Shown: one piece after another, positions 59,400 through 64,000 of the stretch
Numbering within the stretch: position 1 is the stretch's first letter
Layout of the letters: every line of letters begins with the position of its first letter
Assembly (NCBI RefSeq): GCF_964213995.1
Contig: NC_135806.1
Coordinates: forward strand, 24,862,001 to 24,926,000
Direction: 5' to 3'
DNA length: 64,000 nucleotides
DNA from: Mustelus asterias
Lineage: Eukaryota
Translations under genes and position numbers: made by a program
The notes under the pieces: generated by a model
What the model saw: only the letters and a program-made list of their open reading frames with translations
What the model was told of the DNA's origin: nothing
Databases searched by the model: none

Positions 59400-60780
59400 C
59401 TATGTGTTAGTGAGCCCTCCCCAGAAGGGCTACAGGATGGAGTGTGAGCACCAGATGGGATAGTGATCATGTGAAAGTCTCCATGAGGGAATGAGTGCCT
59501 CCCACAAACGGATGTGTGAAACCACTGAAGCGAGTAGCCATTTGAATACATGATGCCATGATGAGAGTTTAATGGATGACTTGCTCTGGCAGAGCGGATG
59601 AGATCATTCATCCTCTTCTTTCACTGGATGGTACTACAGGCAGAGTTGCCAGCCGCGCTGACCTCCTTGAACGATGGTTTCCCAGGTCAGAAATGTGACA
59701 TTAGGGTGATTCCTCGAGCCATCCCTCGGATGCAGAACATGCCTGTGTGTCCGCATTCCCCTGATCAAGGCCTCAAGGCCTGGAGGCTGAATTGGGTGCT
59801 GTTATCTTCGTGAGGTGGCTAGCCTTTCCTTTCTGGCTGTCAGACATGTTTGATGGTCGCGTGAAGACAGGTGAGTTGGCAAGAGTGAGATGTACGCATT
59901 GAACTAGCATCTGAAGAAGGGAAAGGGTTAAGGTTTTTTGTACTCAATGTATTTTGTACCTAAAGGGTTAATGGATTTTGTACCTAGAATGTATCACAAA
60001 CATAACCCTTCATTGTGGCTCATCTCCTGCTCCTGGCAGGAGATTTATTCATGGTTTCATTCTTTAACTTTTATTCTTATAAAGAATGTAAATGTTGTTT
60101 GTAGAGTCTTACCTTTTCTGCAGGCTTGTGTGTGATTTAAACAAAGAAAGCAACTACGAGGTGTGGAGTACGATAACGGCCGTTTGAAGGAGGACTCCCG
60201 CTGCAGCAGCTGTATTCGTGTCGGTCACTTCAAAGGAAAAGCCGCGGGAAGAGCAAGAAACCAATGACTGCTTCGTGACCTGAGAATGCCAGATACACTC
60301 TGGTTTATGGTCAGAGGCTGCCAGATGCATCATGCTTCGTGATCAAGGACTGTTATATGAACTTTAATTCATGACCAGACCAGTGTTTGCGTCATGACTG
60401 GTGCTGGGAGCCATAATGTATAAATGTCCACACTTCTTGTGTTCAGTGAGAGATCTGGTGAACCGCTGTTAAGGTGCCAGGTCTCTCCCAAAAGCTTTTG
60501 AGAATAAAGCTCACTCTACTTTGACTTACTAACTATCTCAGAGGTATTATTTACCTACAACACATCTAAATATAGCACCAGGACCATCAAGCCACCTAAT
60601 AGCAAGCAAACAAATCAGCCCCTGACTCACCAAAAAATTGGCCCGATACTCACCTCTGTATAATTGGTGAGCTTCCAACCACGGAACCAGGCATGAGTTC
60701 CCGCTATTCCAGCCAGCGGGAAGGGTGCCACCGGAACAGCGCACTACCGCACTTGGTCTCATGAGTGGAAAATTGCTCCC
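59400..60780 (-). mobile_element. Harbinger remnant (Myb-like exon and one end), interrupted by a solo LTR
   Basis: KEVSAAG...TIQ*KKRMNDLIRSAR at ~59585-59670. TIR-like GGAAAATTGCTCCC at 60767-60780. Confidence 0.5.
59912..60562 (+). mobile_element. Solo LTR (651 bp), TSD CATC, ERV-like
   Basis: TG...CA ends, 4-bp TSD at 59908-59911 and 60563-60566, TATAAA at 60419, AATAAA at 60503. Confidence 0.85.
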
Positions 60781-61039
60781 TATGGACCACATCTTCCAAC
60801 AAGCTGCCTGTGAAGTTTTCTGTGTTCAAACTACACTGCACGTTTTCAGCGAGGACTTCTGAACCTGGTTGTAGCATAAATAAATCAACACAGCTTCTCC
60901 AAGGCAAGACCAGTGGTGAATATAGAATAAGAGAGGACATCCTCACAACTCCCCCTTCTTGTGACAACATATGCTGTATTCAGGTACATCTTTAAAGGTC
61001 TCAAGCCTTGCAATGAGTGAGTGGTAGAGTGAATGGGTG

Positions 61040-63885
61040 GATGAGTGAGTAGCAGAAGTAGTTTATAGGCCCCTAAAAGTAGCTACTGTCACAAAATGTT
61101 AGGATGCTATTAAAGTGATTTCTTTTTGCACAAGTAACATCAAACTGCCATGTCTTTTGTAAACCATGTCTGGGCAGCACCTAAGAGAAAGGAAAGAATA
61201 GGGAACAGGGTGGTATTTGCAATTGAATAATTAGTAGTCAGATTTCTGTGAGCCAGGATGCAGTTTCAATATAGATGAGGTGTTGAAGAAGCAGCAGCAA
61301 AAAAGAGAGAGAGGCAGCCATCCTCCGGGAGCAGCTCAACTCGAGATCAAGTGCTAAAGGCAAGCCAGTATGTGTAAAAGATTGTTTTCTTTGCTGAACC
61401 AAAGACCATTCCCAAGTCCTAGTCACTTAAACTTGAAGGTGTGGTAATCACTGGCGAGATTCGATTAGTAGGTTTATGGTTGTTGTTTGGAAAATGGAAA
61501 TCTCAGCAAAGTTTAGGTACGGAGGAAACAGATACTTTTGGGTTTTCAGCCTTTGAGGGATTAAATGCTTATTGTTAATTTGGCAAAGTATAAGATTGTT
61601 CTTAGCAGTGTTTTATTACTTTTCTTCCACTTGAAGAATTCTTTTATTTGTTTGTTTAACAAAAGAAGTCTGAGATCTCACTGCTTCCACAAACATTTCT
61701 CGCTAATATCCAAATAGATGTATACCATGGGAAACTAATATTTCAGATTGAGATTCTCTCGCACATAACATCAGTGGGATTTTGTAACACTACACAGTAG
61801 AATAATTAATGGGGGCTTGGAAGTAAGCAACTGTGTTAATCATGGGTGATTTCAATCTTGCTATTTATTGGGTGAATCAGATTTGCAAAGATATAATGGA
61901 GATGAATTCATAAAACATATTTGGGATAATCTCTCAGAGCAATATGTTCTCTGCCAACCAAGGAGTACACTATTGTTGCCCTTGTAATGTGCAATGAGAC
62001 AGGATTAATTAATGACCTCATAGTAAATAAACCTCTAGGGCACACATATCATAACTGAGTTTCACATTCAGTTTTAGGGTGAGAAGAGTGAGTCTAAGAC
62101 TTAAACCTCAATAAGTGTATGAGGACAGAGTTGGCTGAAGTAAACTTGGAAAATAGGTTAAATGGTACAACAGTGGAGAAGCAGTGGCAGACATTTAAGG
62201 AGGTATTTCATAACTCTCAGCAAATCTCGACCATGTTAAGAACCAAAGACCCTGTGGGAAAGATACACTTTTGATGGCTAACAAAGGAAGTTACCAATAG
62301 TATCAAGTTGAAATAAAATGCTCACAATACTACAAGTATTAGTAGTTGGTCAAAAGATTTTAAAAAACCAGCAAGGGATTATTAAGAAAAAAACAAGGAG
62401 ACAGAATTTAACAGAGAAAACTAGCTAGAAAAATATATATAAAAGAAAGAGTACGTTAGAAGGAAAATAATAGCTGAAGTGAGCACTAGAGGGTGAATGT
62501 GGAGAATTAAAATTGGGAACAAGGAAATGGCAGAAGTGTTGAACAGGCATTTTGTGTCTGTTTTCACTGTAGAAGAAAATAAACATCCCGAGAATACTTG
62601 AAAATCAAGAGGTAAAAGAGAAGGAACGGAAAACAATCACAACCACCAGGGAAAATGCGCTCAGTAAACTATAAGAACTATTAAGGCTGACAAGTCCCCA
62701 GGACCTGATGGTCAGTTCTGGAAAGATATGCACTCTGAAGAGTGGCTGCATTAGCTGTGATCTTCCAAAATTTCCTAGATTCTGGAAAGGTTGCAGCAGA
62801 TTGGGAATTTACCAATGAGTCACCTCCATTCAAGAAATGAGGGAGACAGAAAGCATGAAACTATAGTTAGTTAGCCAAACATCTGTCATAGGAAAAATGC
62901 TGGAATCCATTATTAAGCAGGTAATAACAGGACATTTGGAAAATCATAATAGAATTGAATAGAGTCAACATGGCTTTGTGAAAGCCAAATTGTGTTTGAC
63001 TATTTTATTAGAGATTTTGCGGAACCAACAAGCACGTTTGCTAAAGAGGAACCTGCAAATGTGGTGTAGTTGGATTTCCAAAAGGCATTCGATAAAATGT
63101 CACTTCAAAGGTTACTACACAAAATAAGAGATCGTGTTGCAGGGGTAAGATATTAACATGGACAAACAGGAAGCAGCAAATGGGTCTAAATGGGTCATTT
63201 TTGGGTTGACATGCCATTACTAGTGGAATGCTACAGGGTTCAGTGCTGGGGTTTCAACCATTTACAATCATTATCAATTATTTGGATGAAGGGGCCGAAT
63301 GAATGGTAGCTAAATTTTCTGATGACACAAAGATAGGTAGGAAAGTAAATTGCAAATAGGACATTAGGGGTGGGATTTTACAGCCTCGTTTGACCCTAAA
63401 TGGGTAAATCTCGCCCGAAGTCAACAGACCTTCCCACTGTCTGCCCACTCTGATTCCCATGACGGGTGGGCGGTAAAATTCTGGCATAGAAGTCTGCAAA
63501 ATGGGTGGGGAAAAATTTGGCAATGGAGTATAATTGGGAAAAGATGAGCTTCTCCACTTTGGCAGGAAGAATAGATTATTATTATTAGTTTTATTTGAAT
63601 GGAAAGTGATGGCAGAGCTCCACAACATCAAAGCATGTGGGTGTTGTGGTACATGAATCACAAAATAGAGTTATTATGCAGGCAAGTGATTAGGAAGGCA
63701 AATGGGAGGTTGGTGTTTATTGCAAGGAGAATCAAGTATACCAGTAGAGAAATTCTGCAACAGCTGTACAGGGTCTGAGTTAGGTCTCATCTGTGTACAG
63801 ATTTGACCTCCTTATTTACAAAGTGATATAATTGCATTAGAAACAGTTCAGAGAAGGTTAATTCAACTGATTCCTCGTATGAGGA
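61040..63885 (+). mobile_element. Long decayed CR1 ORF2 (APE plus RT) with nested LTR and MITE (63368-63486)
   Basis: VVYRP, IMGDFN, KSPGPDG, QHGFVK, LDFQKAFDK and KFSDDTK motifs in order, with many stops and frameshifts. Confidence 0.85.
61087..61789. mobile_element. Solo LTR (703 bp), TSD CTAC, inserted in a CR1 endonuclease region
   Basis: TGTCACAAAAT / ATTTTGTAACA inverted ends. CTAC at 61083-61086 and 61790-61793. Confidence 0.85.
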
Positions 63886-64000
63886 AAGATTGGGTGGGGG
63901 TAGTTGGGTCAGGAAGCTAGCTAGAATGGTGGTAGTCACGTGGCGGGGGTGGAGAGAGGGTGGTGTCTAGTGGAGAAGGGTTTAGTTAGGTCAGTGGGGT

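Overview
Repeat-dense vertebrate genomic DNA whose repeat inventory points to a cartilaginous fish (shark-like). It carries HE1/V-type tRNA SINEs sharing their 3' tails with CR1 LINEs, plus L2, Rex1/Babar, Penelope-like elements, Harbinger/PIF transposons and their MITEs, and LTR elements. I could not confidently identify any host protein-coding exon, so the window looks like a large intron or intergenic region. The best-supported features are a near-complete Ty3/Gypsy element (24883-29407, minus, TSD CACGG), an internally deleted relative (48544-51324, plus, TSD AAAGT), several solo LTRs, and a full-length processed RPS27 retrocopy inserted into a Harbinger transposase. The most interesting observations are: (i) both Gypsy elements lack a tRNA primer-binding site and instead carry, at that position, a 12-15 nt perfect complement of their own LTR poly(A) signal with a compensatory base change; (ii) both have YLDN instead of YxDD in the RT; (iii) a short A-tailed element has a U2 snRNA-derived head; (iv) Penelope termini contain minimal hammerhead-like motifs; (v) two local inverted duplications are not explained by the TEs. 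All coordinates were read by eye, and boundaries of old repeats are approximate.
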